A stretch of 64,000 nt of DNA, taken from the NCBI RefSeq assembly GCF_902652985.1, contig NC_047029.1, forward strand, positions 22,630,001 through 22,694,000. The letters run 5' to 3'. Under the pieces are notes generated by a model, which saw only the letters and a program-made list of their open reading frames with translations, was not told the DNA's origin and did not search any database. The position numbers and the translations under genes are program-made. Source of the stretch: Pecten maximus. Lineage: Eukaryota. Positions 27,701 through 39,476 of this stretch are shown here, in pieces (position 1 is the first letter of the stretch; every line of letters begins with the position of its first letter).

Positions 27701-30700
27701 CTGAAAAATAAACAAGGGAATTCTCAAGATTGTTAACAGATGGACCTTGGACATACGGCAATATGAATAGCCTACCATCACTAGATGGTGGGCTAAAAAT
27801 GTAGATCAATTGGTGAAAATTTTGCATTAAAACAAGGGGTTATGAATTCCTATTATTCATTGCATTCTGTGAACTTCAATGTGAGTTCTCACATAAATTC
27901 TCCCATACAACTAGGCCAATTTGAATTTTTGAAGAAAGAGTAATCTACTCACAGGTAACTGAATACCTATCAGGACAACTATTGGGTGTGAAAATAGAGG
28001 GCGCTACTTACAAAGAACTTGTTGAGGAACCTCTGTGATCGAGGTACACATTTTGAACTTTGAACCAGTAATGACACTAGCTGGACACACATTGGGTACG
28101 GCAGCTGGATGCTGTGGACAGCTTGGTCAGTTTTCCAGGATGAAAATGTATGGTCAGGGCTTGGTGGGCAACTGTCAAAAACAAAGTTACAAATTTAGGT
28201 ACAAAAATTACTTATCATTGCGACACTAACTAATTTTTTTTTATTGGAGATTATTTACACAGAAGATCTTATTGATATCTGGACTCAGCATATTGAGAGA
28301 TCAGATGCTCTATATGGCAGACATATTTAACCTTGGTAATACTAGCAGAAGCATATTGCTTTGGCTTGAGAGAATGGTCTTTCCAGGCAGGGTTTTGAGT
28401 GTAACTTTGGTAAATACTAGCCGCAATATAAATGGCCAGGCTACAGTGAACTTCTCTTTAGCTTGACTGGATGAGCATATGACCAGTAAGCCAGAAGTCC
28501 CAGTTACGATCCCTACCAGAGGCAGTAAAGTAAATATAATTTATCATGACCTCTGTTACAAATAGGAAACTATACTGAAGGCACCAGATCAAATACACTT
28601 TTACAAGTTGTTCACATAAACAAGAGATCCCAGAGGGATCTTGGCGCCCACCATTGAATGATCTTCATAGGTTCCATGTCAGATTGATCTTTTCTCTACT
28701 TTTCCCTTCATTTTACTAATCTGTGCAAATTGAGACATCCCTCCAGTACTTTTCAAACAAGGGAATCCTAGCTATATAAGAAATTTGAGATTTAACGATA
28801 ATGGCTGTTTGTTTGCCAGGTTGTTTTCAGGACAGACTGGTCCAAAAATGCAATACAAGGGACCAAGGGGAACCTCCATATGAAATTTGAGAAAGATCCC
28901 TTCAGTACTTTCTCAGAAATAGCGATAACAAACTTCAATCGTCAAAATCCAAGATGGCTGCCTGTCGGCCATGTTATTTTCCGATTGGTCTCAAAATGCA
29001 ATATGCATAACTAGGCACCAAGGGAAACTTACATATGAAATTCGAGAAAGATCCCCTAAATACTTTCTCAGAAATAGTGATAACAAACTTCAATTGTCAA
29101 AATCCAAGATGGCAGCCTGTCGGCCATGTTGTTTTCGGATTGGTCTCAAAACGCAATATGCATAACTAGGCACCATAGTCATATGAAATTTGAGAAAGAT
29201 CCCTTAAATACTTTCTCAGAAATAGTGATAAAAAACTTCAACTGTCAAAATCCAAGATGGCTGCCTGTCGGCCATGTTGTTTTCAGATTGGTCTCAAAAC
29301 GCAATATGCATAACTAGGCACCAAGGGAAACCTACATATGAAATTTCAGAAAGATCCATTCAGTACATTCTCAGAAATAGTGATAACAAACTTCAATTGT
29401 CAAAATCCAAGATGGCTGCCTGTCGGCCATGTTGTTTTCCGATTGGTCTCAAATCGCAATATGCATAACTAGGCACCAAGGGGAACCTACATATGAAATT
29501 TGAGAAAGATCCCTTAAGTACTTTCTCAGAAATAGCGATAACAAACTTCAATTGTCAAAATCCAAGATGGCTGCCTGTCGGCCATGTTGTTTTCGGATTG
29601 GTCTCAAAACGCAATATGCATAACTAGGCACCAAGGGGAACCTTCATATGAAATTTGAGAAAGATCCCTTCAGCACTTTCTCAGAAATAGCGATAACAAA
29701 CTTCAATTGTCAAAATCCAAGATGGCTGCCTGTCGGCCATGTTGTTTTCCGATTGGTCTCAAATTGCAATATGCATAACTAAGCACCAAGGGGAACCTAC
29801 ATATGAAATTTGAGAAAGATCCATTCAGTACTTTGAGAAATAGAGATAACAAACTTCAATTGTCAAAATCCAAGATGGCGGTCTGTCGGCCATATTGTTT
29901 TCCAATTGATCTCAAAATGCAATAAGCATAACTAGGCACCAAGGGGAACCTCCATATGAAATTTGAGAAAGATCCCTTCAGTACTTTCTCAGAAATAGCG
30001 ATAACAAACTTCAATTGTCAAAATCCAAGATGGCTGCCTGTCGGCCATGTTATTTTCCGATTGGTCTCAAAATGCAATATGCATAACTAGGCACCAAGGG
30101 GAACCTTCATATGAAATTTGAGAAAGATCCCTTAAATACTTTCTCAGAAATAGTGATAACAAACTTCAAATGTCAAAATCCAAGATGGCTGCCTGTCGGC
30201 CATGTTGTTTTCAGATTGGTCTCAAAATGCAATATGCATAACTAGGCACCAAGGGAAACCTACATATGAAATTTCAGAAAGATCCATTCAGTACATTCTC
30301 AGAAATAGTGATAACAAACTTCAATTGTCAAAATCCAAGATGGCTGCCTGTCGGCCATGTTGTTTTCCGATTGGTCTCAAATCGCAATATGCATAACTAG
30401 GCACCAAAGGGAACCTACATATGAAATTTGAGAAAGATCCCTTAAGTACTTTCTCAGAAATAGCGATAACAAACTTCAATTGTCAAAATCCAAGATGGCT
30501 GCCTGTCGGCCATGTTGTTTTCGGATTGGTCTCAAAACGCAATATGCATAACTAGGCACCAAGGGGAACCTTCATAAGAAATTTGAGAAAGATCCCTTCA
30601 GCACTTTCTCAGAAATAGCGATAACAAACTTCAATTGTCAAAATCCAAGATGGCTGCCTGTCGGCCATGTTGTTTTGGGATTGGTCTCAAAACGCAATAT

Positions 30701-33700
30701 GCATAACTAGGCACCAAGGGGAACCTTCATATGAAATTTGAGAAAGATCCCTTCAGTACTTTCTCAGAAATAGTGATAACAAACTTCAATTGTCAAAATC
30801 CAAGATGGCTGCCTGTCGGCCATGTTGTTTTCCGATTGGTCTCAAAACTCAATATGCATAACTAGGCACCAAGGGGAACCTTCATATGAAATTTGAGAAA
30901 GATCCCTTCAGTACTTTCTCAGAAATAGTGATAACAAACTTCAATTGTCAAAATCCAAGATGGCTGCCTGTCGGCCATGTTGTTTTCCGATTGGTCTCAA
31001 AACTCAATATGCATAACTAGGCACCAAGGGGAACCTTCATATGAAATTTGAGAAAGATCCCTTCAGTACTTTCTCAGAAATAGCGATAACAAACTTCAAT
31101 TGTCAAAATCCAAGATGGCTGCCTGTCGGCCATGTTGTTTTCCGATTGGTCTCAAAACGCAATATGCATAACTAGGCACCAAGGGGAACCTTCATATGAA
31201 ATTTGGGAAAGATCCCTTCAGTACTTTCTCAGAAATAGCGATAACAAACTTAAATTGTCAAAATCCAAGATGGCTGCCTGTCGGCCATGTTGTTTTCCGA
31301 TTGGTCTCAAAACGCAATATGCATAACTAGGCACCAAGGGGAACCTACATATGAAATTTGAGAAAGATCCCTTCTGTACTTTCTGAGAAATAGCGATAAC
31401 AAGAATTGTTTACGGACGGAGGGACGGACGGACGGAGGGACGGAGGGACGGACGGACGGAGGGACGGACGGACGACGGACCACGGACGCAGGGCGATTTG
31501 AATAGCCCACCATCTGATGATGGTGGGCTAAAAAAATGAATCCACCCTTACCCTCCAATATTGTACCAGGGGTCGTCATTAACGCTTGTCCGATTGTCCG
31601 GTACCAGACGAAATTGATGTCGGACAAGTGAAATCATTAAAGTACTTGTCCGACGGGACAAGTAACAAATCTGTCATTGTGTTTTATTTATGTTATATTC
31701 TGAAGTCAAAACTGATTCAATACTCACTGTAAAATGAGTAAAAACTCCTTTAAATTGTGTTAACCATCGAACGGAAGTGAGTTGATCATGCTTATTAAAG
31801 CTTCATTCGGAACTACATAGAAATGATGGTAGACTTCCGAGGGCTCTCGAAAACATGTAATCGGTATCACTAGTATGTTTGAAACGCATGCGAATGCTGT
31901 ACATGTGAGAGCATTGATACTACGACAGATACCGTCTGCTGGAATCGTAATAAAAATGAATCAGTTTTGATATAATTAAGGAGGCTACAGATCAAGCAGA
32001 CTGCCGTGCCCTAGAAAACGGTGACATGTTTTAATGTTTTCACAGTAGTAAGTTTGTTTATATAGTTTAGTCGAACAGTTCTCCATGAAAGTTAATTATT
32101 TTAGAGTACTTCATTCATCTGCTTTACAGTACCCTACAAGGGTATTGACCTTACCCTCCAATATTGTACCCTACAAGGGTATTGACCTTACCCTCCAATA
32201 TTGCACTCTACAAGGGTATTGACCTTACCCTCCAATATTGTACTCTATAAGGGTATTGACCATACCCTCCAATATGTACCCTACAAGGGTATTGACCTTA
32301 CCCTCCAATATTGTACTCTATAAGGGTATTGACCTTACCCTCCAATATTGTACTCTATAAGGGTATTGACCTTACCCTCCAATATTGCACTCTACAAGGG
32401 TATTGACCTTACCCTCCAATATTGTACTCTATAAGGGTATTGACCTTACCCTCCAATATTGCACTCTACAAGGGTATTTGACCTTACCCTCCAATATTGT
32501 ACTCTATAAGGGTATTGTCCTTACCCTCCAATATTGTACTCTATAAGGGTTTTGACCTTACCCTCCAATATTGTACTCTATAAGGGTATTGACCTTACCC
32601 TCCAATATTGTACCCTATAAGGGTATTGACCTTACCCTCCAATATTGTACTCTATAAGGGTACTGACCTTACCCTCCAATATTGTAATCTATAAGGGTAT
32701 TGACCTTACCCTCCAATATTGTACTCTATAAGGGTATTGACCTTACCCTCTAATATTGTACTCTATAAGGGTATTGACCTTACCCTCCAATATTGCACTC
32801 TATGAGGGTATTGACCTTACCCTCCAATATTGTACTCTATAAGGGTATTGACCTTACCCACTAATATTGTACTCTATAAGGGTATTGACTTTACCCACTA
32901 ATATTGTACTCTATAAGGGTATTGACTTTACCCACTAATATTGTAATCTACAAAGGTTATGACTTTACCCTCAAATATTGTACTATACAAGGGAATTGAC
33001 CTTACCCTCCCGGCTGAATCTGACACTTGTATAACATTTTCAGCACTTTTGTCGGTCGGAGCTGAATACGAGACTCGTCTAATGAACAGCGGTCTATGTA
33101 TACCATCAGACATGGGTCGATTAGCCAAACCTGTAATAAAGAAGTTTTTATTTACGTCAATGACACAATTACCTATATCAATATGTATTCACAGGTGTAA
33201 AATGATCATAATTATTATGAGAAGAATATTGCATCATTTTAACACACTATTAACCTTTGTGAAGCTTTACACGATGCCTCAGAGAACACAGTTTTTCATT
33301 CAGTATTTAGTTTTTCGGTAAGCTCTTCTAATATAAACATACATAGAAAACATTTATAATTTGATGAAATAGAATATCCTTATTAATGCCAGAAATGCAT
33401 TACATACATGTATAGCTATTGAACCTTTGTCAAATTATATCTTTTGTTTGTTTTATAAATGACTGCTCAATGATTAAATATACATTGTACACTATCAGAT
33501 GCATACAAAAACATATTCTCTTTAATCAAATTAGACCCTGGTTTCCTCAGCATTCCTTACCTAATGAAGTTTCTATAGAGGTGTCAAAAAGAAAAATGAT
33601 TAGATTTCAGGAAAAATCTTAGTTAAGAAACTTTCCATATGTTCTGTAATGCTTTCCTCAAGGAAGTTTTAAGTTAAGGTATTTCAATACTCATGAAACT

Positions 33701-36700
33701 GGGACTAGTTACCTTATTTTTGACATTTCAGAAAACTGACTACTACGAAAATGTTTTCAGACCAAAACTGAAAACTGACTGGACATTTACAGAATTTTTT
33801 CAGACCAAAACTGACTGGGCATTTTTACAATTTTTTCAGACCAAAACTGACTGGACATTTTTAGAATTTTTTTTGACTGAAACTGACCAGACATGTTACA
33901 GTGTGTTCTCCCTTGTTCGCCTCAATGACCAGGCGGAAACTTGTGTACAGATGACTCTGCTCTACGATCAAGTTAGCAAAGTAGTCCTCTGTCATCACTT
34001 CAAACCTGTAATAGACAAACACAGACAAAGTTCAGGCGTTCAGTAGTAGTAGAATTACCTATGTTGAACTCTGCACTAAAGTTTCATTAAACTCCTTTCA
34101 CTAGCTCTGTCAAGCTTAAACAGGTAATGGTGATCACTGCTGCTATTTGTCAAAATAGCACTGCAGTATCAAGTGATGGACAGACAGATGTTCTGTCCAA
34201 AAAAATTAGCTCCTAAAGTTAATTCTGTTTAGGAGTTTACAGAATAAACCTTTTGAACTTAAATGTGTTATACTACATTTCATTCACCACATAAATATTA
34301 GATGTTAGTCCAGACTGACGGAAAACCTTGGACGATAGCTAAGGAAATTTGTAAAGCTCACCATCTTGTTAGGGTAAAATGAAATAAGTATCAAATCTGA
34401 CACTACCTCAAACATGTTCACTACGTCTTATATCGTCCAGAAGTTACTGGTAAGTAATAATACATCAATAAGTTACTCAAGCGATATAGATCACATCGCA
34501 ATTCAACAATGGCCAATACACAACAAAAGACAGTAAGAATTGTCTTGTCACAATGTCACTCAGGAAATCACTGCTAAATATCAGAACAAATGATGATAGT
34601 TGTAAGAGTGTTGAGTAACAGAACTATCTGATAATTACCAGGTAATGAGTAAGTGTATGAAATTTCAGTAATTTGGTTCAGCCAGGTCGAAAATCTATTA
34701 ATAGTAACAGTGACCTCATTTTTATCCAATGTAGTTAAAATGGGAACTTGTACAAGAGATGATGTTTGTGAGTTAGTGTATGAAGTTTCAGAACAATTGG
34801 ATCATTAAAGGAGTCAGTAGAGCAAGGACATTGTTTGGCTATGTACATATATACCCATCTTCGCTAGCCAAGGCTTCTGATTACGTTACACTACACGAAC
34901 CCTTGGCGGATATAGGCGTCAGTTCTGGCCCTCTAGCGGAGATTCAAAATTACCACTCTTTACGCATGAAATTTTCGACCAATCAAAACGAGCGTTACCG
35001 ATTTACTTCATCTGTGATGTTAACAAACACACATGGAGGCTTGTGTCATTTCGATGAGATATGTGATCAATGACTTAAATAGATTTATCAAACACTGCGA
35101 ATGTTCCCCTAAAGATTGTATGTCTCTGTATATAGGTAAAATGCCATGACATAGTCGACATTGTAGCTCTGTACTGGGTGCCGCAATTTTGTTTACTGCG
35201 AAACCAAGCCCGAACGTAAAACGCGATTTGATTGGGTGCCCTGGGATTCCAGGGCGCAACGGTTTGAACACAACTATATCCGCCAAGGGTTCGTGTAGTG
35301 TAACGTAATCAGAAGCCTTGGCTAGCGAAGATGATATATACCAGCCTATCCCTATAGCTATATACCATCACCAACTTGTTACGAGGGGATGATTAGACTT
35401 TTGTAGCTTCCCTAACTTTATTGTGGGGAATTAATACATTCAATAGTTTACTGATCGACTGATGTAATCTATACAATTGGATACTTACTTGGGACCTCTG
35501 TCAATAGTTTCTTCCAGTCTGTGAAACAGTACACTGTGTCTGAAAATCTTATATACGGGATATGTCCGACACAGCCCAACCTCTATAACAAAAACAGTTC
35601 AATATAACTGGTACCCCATAAACATAACAAAGAAACACATAGCAAAAAAAAAAGGAAATATCTTACAAAGTCTTGATTAACATAATTTTGACTACCTTAT
35701 GAACAGTTGTCAGGGCTCAAAGTGGCACCTATTTTAGTGGCCATGGCACCTTAAATTCACCATTGGCGACCAGTTATTGACCTATAAGGCACGTGCACCT
35801 GCATGGCCACTAAAAAAACTTGAAAATTTGTGATTTGGTTGATCTTTCAAAGTTTGAAGTCAATGCTAAAATGACATTCTCAATTGAAAAAGTTACGAAG
35901 AGATGTTATACTTAAAAGGTCACCTGGTAAAAATATCCACTTTGAGCTCTGGTTGTTGTTTTTCTGACTTATTTGAAATTAACCAAAGTTTGAACGGCTT
36001 TGAGATGACCAGTCGAACTATTACACTCAGGTTGAGATATATAATTTCCTTCAACTCAACAAAAGCTATGTAAGATTGCAGGGTTTTTGCCAGCTATTTT
36101 GGGAAAGGGTCCCTGAACAAAAATTGGGAAAATATCATCGGCATTTTCCACAAATTGGGAAAATACCATCGGTGTTTCATCAAATTTGGGAATATATTAT
36201 AAAATTGGAAAAATATATGAATTATACAAGCTTAGCTGTTTCTTTTCATAATATTTGTACAAATGAATACAAGTCAACATCTCTTTTCAGGATATTTGTT
36301 TTAATCAATCAGAGAATGTTAAATTTTCTGTCTTTAGTGTTCTTAAACTCATTAACAAGCTTGTCAAGAGTGAAATCAGTCAGGTTGGAGATCGTTTGAA
36401 GCAGCTGCCTGACTTTCAGATCAGGAATTACCAGTATTTCGTTTGAAAAAGCTCGTAACTTTCATTAAATCTTTCGAATCTTTGAGCAAAATCTTCTTTG
36501 CGTAATATTTGGAATTGTGTGACATCGTCCCGAGTCCAGTACTTGATTTGACCTCGGTAAATAGAACGAGTCAATGTACGTAAACGCTTTGCATTAAACT
36601 CCCCTTTAAATGGGCGATTCAAACGCAGATATGATATGACTTCAATAAGACTACCCAAGCGCATGCGCGAATCGCAAAACCAACAACAACATGATGACTC

Positions 36701-39476
36701 ATGGTAACATTTTAACGTTGACAAAATAATGAATGGAAGCTCGTATCAATCCAAATTTTTAGGTTGTCTTATGTTAACAGCGATTGGGAAAATACAGACC
36801 GGAATTAGGAAAATATAGACCGAAATTGGGAAAATATGTGCCAATTTTCAATTGGGAATGGGTCCGTGTACCGGACCCAAAATATGCCTGGCAAAAACCC
36901 TGGATTGTAAACATCTTAATTCCTTTTTACAAATACAAACCTCCATGTCCTGATCCTTCATGGATTTTACCACCCAGCTGGTTACCACAGCGCTGACAGT
37001 GAAGGGCGTCTCCGGTGGTTCGTGTATGACCGGGCTTCAGGTGACGCCCCTGCACCAATAAGTAGGTGTCGCCAACCAGACACTGTTTCTCCTTGGGCAG
37101 TAAGAGTTTGCCTTGATGGGGTGTCACATTATTCTCCTCGCCTTCGTGATTGTGACAGAACCACATGTCGCTGTAGTCAGCCCAGTTCTCTGATGGCAGA
37201 GCCAACACTCTCATGAAGATACTGTAAACAACACATAAATAGGGATAAATATGTATAGTGTAGCAAATAGATATAATTTTTTTATTAGATGCAATATGTA
37301 AGTTGTATGCCTAACTGAAATCCCCCTAGGGATCGAACCTGGAACCTTTGGCCTACTACTCTTACCGAAAGCTCAACTGATCAAACAAAAGAAAAGTTTT
37401 CTCTTGCCAAGCAGTATATTTCGGCTAGTTTTTACAAGGGTTACATTTAAAAAACAAAATAAGATATGACCACAAGAATGTATTCATTTTCTTCAATTTG
37501 AACATACAGCTAGCTATCTGCCAATTAGTGGTGTAACGATTCACAGATGCATCCATGTATTGGTGCATCGTTGATTTGTATCGTGATACTTGAAAATGTG
37601 TAGTTATCTCCCTTGACCAACGTTACAGTAGCTCACGTTTTGTAGCAAACAACATGGCTGACAAGGCCGTTCTAGTGACTTATAAAGCTGCCTGTTGGAG
37701 TTCTTTCAAATCCAAATTATCTTAATTCAAGAACCCTTTCCGGAAATACCACAAACAAAACATGACTACTGTACGATGGAATACCAGATATCTGATAGTT
37801 CATCAGCTTCTCATATATCGTGATACATATTGTATCGTGACCCATGTATTGCGATATGAATCGTATCGCTACCCACCTTGCGATACACAGCTCTACTGCC
37901 AATTATCTAATTCACCAACTAGCTACTGTAAGGCTGTTCCAATTATAACAAATAATTGATTATCAATTTACAACTAATGTCTCATCTAGAGATGGGAATC
38001 GGATGAGATTTTTGTAATCAAATAAACAGAACAACAGGATGACCTCTTCCGATCAATTATCATTTGTAATCAGATTTTGTTACCTGATGGTAAATTTTGT
38101 GAAAACTGTTAGGTTACACAAAAAAGCTTTATACGATATATAACATGTAAAACAAATGTCTAGGAACGATTCTGGAATACAGGAAAATTTATGATAAGAT
38201 TTCTTTGATTGATTATGACATCTTATATATATATAATTATAATCAATGACTCTAGAATTATTTCTAATTGATAAATTTTCAACAATTATCGAGGATCTGC
38301 CCACCAATAGTCTCATCACTACTAAATTTGGCTTTGACCTGTAACCTTATGACCTTAGAAATGCTGGCATGACAGTGCATCACTAAATTTTACTAGACTG
38401 ACCAGCAGTTACAAGTTTACCGTATAAATAATGACTGACCAGTGGTCTGCAAAAATCTTCTGGCCACACTTTGCACAGTAGCACTTGTCTTGATACAGCT
38501 GGATTTTCTCTACAAAGTCCGACTGTTTTGAGTGATTTGTGTCCATGTGGTACATTTCCTGATTCACCTCACTGTCCACATATATTGTAAACTGAAGTTC
38601 GCCATTTGGGAAGTATTTCAGACCCCTGCATGTCAGGGGAGACAACTTAGCCTCAACAAAGTCACAACACAGCACTTTTCCTTTTTCTCGTATAGTTATC
38701 AAATTCTCCTCCACAATTATCGTCACATTATTCTCAAATTTATTGGTGAGTCTGCAATGAAAATATCAACATCATCAATATAATGGATTTTTTTAAACAA
38801 CAAAAAGGTTTATCAGAAAGTTTGTTCAATGTTCATTACAATAAAACTAGAACTTTTCAAAAAAGAATGTTTCAGAGATTATCAATTTCTAAATGTATAG
38901 TCACATAAATGATAAATAAAAATACAGTAACCGATTACAATAATATCCATGAGTGTTTTGATCCTGATTATAATTATCACATTTAAAACCAGAATGAGGC
39001 AGGTGCATTAATTTAACTCGTCATTTTGATTATTCTAAGCATGTTATTTACTTAGCTGCCACCGTATATATATGAATAGGCCTAGCCTACTCTTAAAATA
39101 AATAAATAAATTTTATAAAGTTGGAAATACTGATAAAATGTAACAACTGTATGAAGTTATAAAATAGTACTTGCGTTCAAAACATATCTCAAGGATCGCT
39201 TTTTAAATCCCATTAACACGGGTTGATCAACATCCCCTGTATTTTCAGCCGGCCTACGGTACACACCCACGATGCGCCCGCCTAACCTTTAGATGGGGTG
39301 TTTCCAATATGTCCTCGTCAATCTGAAACAATTTGCTGTGTGCCTTTCGTGTTCCGTAGTGAAACTTACCTGTCGCTTATTATCGAGGTATTTAACAATG
39401 ACAATGCTCTTTTAAACTCGCAGTAAATAAGTATCTCGCCGCCCTGCTGCCTTGTTAACTCATCGGTCAGCGCCAT
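27665..39476 (-). CDS. UBE3D: E3 ubiquitin-protein ligase E3D-like (HECT_2 family), complement(join(27665..27700,28012..28171,33006..33130,33888..34005,35489..35582,36941..37221,38440..38751,39370..39476)), about 410 aa
   Basis: CYCAKCGQ; signature RVLALPSENWADYSDMWFCH; HCQRCGNQLG; VLKMLY; SSKCVPRSQRFLNKFF-VGFLR C-terminus as in UBE3D. All junctions are GT-AG with consistent phases. Confidence 0.88.
28012..28171 (-). CDS. UBE3D: UBE3D exon 7
   Basis: CPPSPDHTFSSWKTDQAVHSIQLPYPMCVQLVSLLVQSSKCVPRSQRFLNKFF|gtaagt. Confidence 0.88.
28400..28560 (+). mobile_element. Diverged solo LTR of the 43092 family, opposite orientation
   Basis: tgtaactttggtaaatactagccgcaatata...ctctgttaca matches the reverse complement of the LTR. 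Confidence 0.8.
28618..31536. mobile_element. Non-autonomous Helentron-type element (HINE/pearl-like) carrying about 17 copies of a 155-bp satellite
   Basis: aaacaagag start with a short hairpin (gatccc/gggatc); 155-bp tandem array at about 28790-31402; (GGAC/GGAG)n microsatellite at about 31412-31490; terminal palindrome tagcccaccatc-tgat-gatggtgggcta followed by an A run. Confidence 0.8.
31568..32128. mobile_element. Truncated DNA-transposon fragment inserted into the 37-bp minisatellite
   Basis: Starts caggggtcg with cggacaagt subterminal repeats and splits a repeat unit (atattgtac | cctacaagg). Right TIR not recognisable. Confidence 0.5.
32129..33010 (-). repeat. 37-bp minisatellite containing the UBE3D exon-6 splice donor, about 24 copies
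   Basis: Minus-strand unit tagagtacaatattggagg|gtaaggtcaataccctta; real junction GGGAGG|gtaaggtcaa at 33006. Confidence 0.95.
33006..33130 (-). CDS. UBE3D: UBE3D exon 6
   Basis: VWLIDPCLMVYIDRCSLDESRIQLRPTKVLKMLYKCQIQPG|gtaagg. Confidence 0.85.
33888..34005 (-). CDS. UBE3D: UBE3D exon 5
   Basis: FEVMTEDYFANLIVEQSHLYTSFRLVIEANKGEHTVTCL|gtcagt. Confidence 0.85.
34856..35333. mobile_element. MITE with about 58-bp perfect TIRs and 9-bp TSD (Mutator-like)
   Basis: catcttcgctagccaaggcttctgattacgttacactacacgaacccttggcggatatag and its exact reverse complement; TSD atatatacc on both sides. Confidence 0.9.
35489..35582 (-). CDS. UBE3D: UBE3D exon 4
   Basis: VGLCRTYPVYKIFRHSVLFHRLEETIDRGP|gtaagt. 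Confidence 0.8.
35711..35951. mobile_element. MITE, 5-bp TSD
   Basis: cagggctcaaagtgg / ccactttgagctctg; TSD gttgt. Confidence 0.78.
36079..36902. mobile_element. Non-autonomous TIR transposon, 5-bp TSD
   Basis: TIR cagggtttttgccag / ctggcaaaaaccctg; TSD gattg; subterminal attgggaaaata repeats. Confidence 0.85.
36941..37221 (-). CDS. UBE3D: UBE3D exon 3
   Basis: IFMRVLALPSENWADYSDMWFCH...HCQRCGNQLG...|gtttgt. Confidence 0.9.
37297..37445 (-). mobile_element. Diverged solo LTR of the 43092 family
   Basis: ctagggatcgaacctggaacctttgg...cggctagtttttacaagggttaca. Confidence 0.7.
37526..37895. mobile_element. hAT-like MITE, 8-bp TSD
   Basis: TAG...CTA ends; subterminal cgatac/gtatcg repeats; TSD ctgccaat. 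Confidence 0.8.
37987..38309. mobile_element. Degenerate hAT-like MITE, 8-bp TSD
   Basis: tagagatggg...cccaccaata; TSD gtctcatc. Confidence 0.7.
38440..38751 (-). CDS. UBE3D: UBE3D exon 2
   Basis: LTNKFENNVTII...KCYCAKCGQKIFADH|gtcagt; 312 nt, phase 2-2. Confidence 0.85.
39370..39476 (-). CDS. UBE3D: UBE3D exon 1
   Basis: AAAATGGCG start (YY1-like); MALTDELTRQQGGEILIYCEFKRALSLLNTSIISD|gtaagt. Confidence 0.8.

Noticed and set aside
28641-28650. TTGGCGCCCA, PBS-like, 80 bp after the solo LTR ending at 28560
   Set aside because: Not adjacent to the LTR; it lies inside the terminal module of the Helentron-type element.
28971-31627. Repeated 64-aa ORFs (MLFSDWSQNAICITRH...)
   Set aside because: Arise from the 155-bp satellite monomer.
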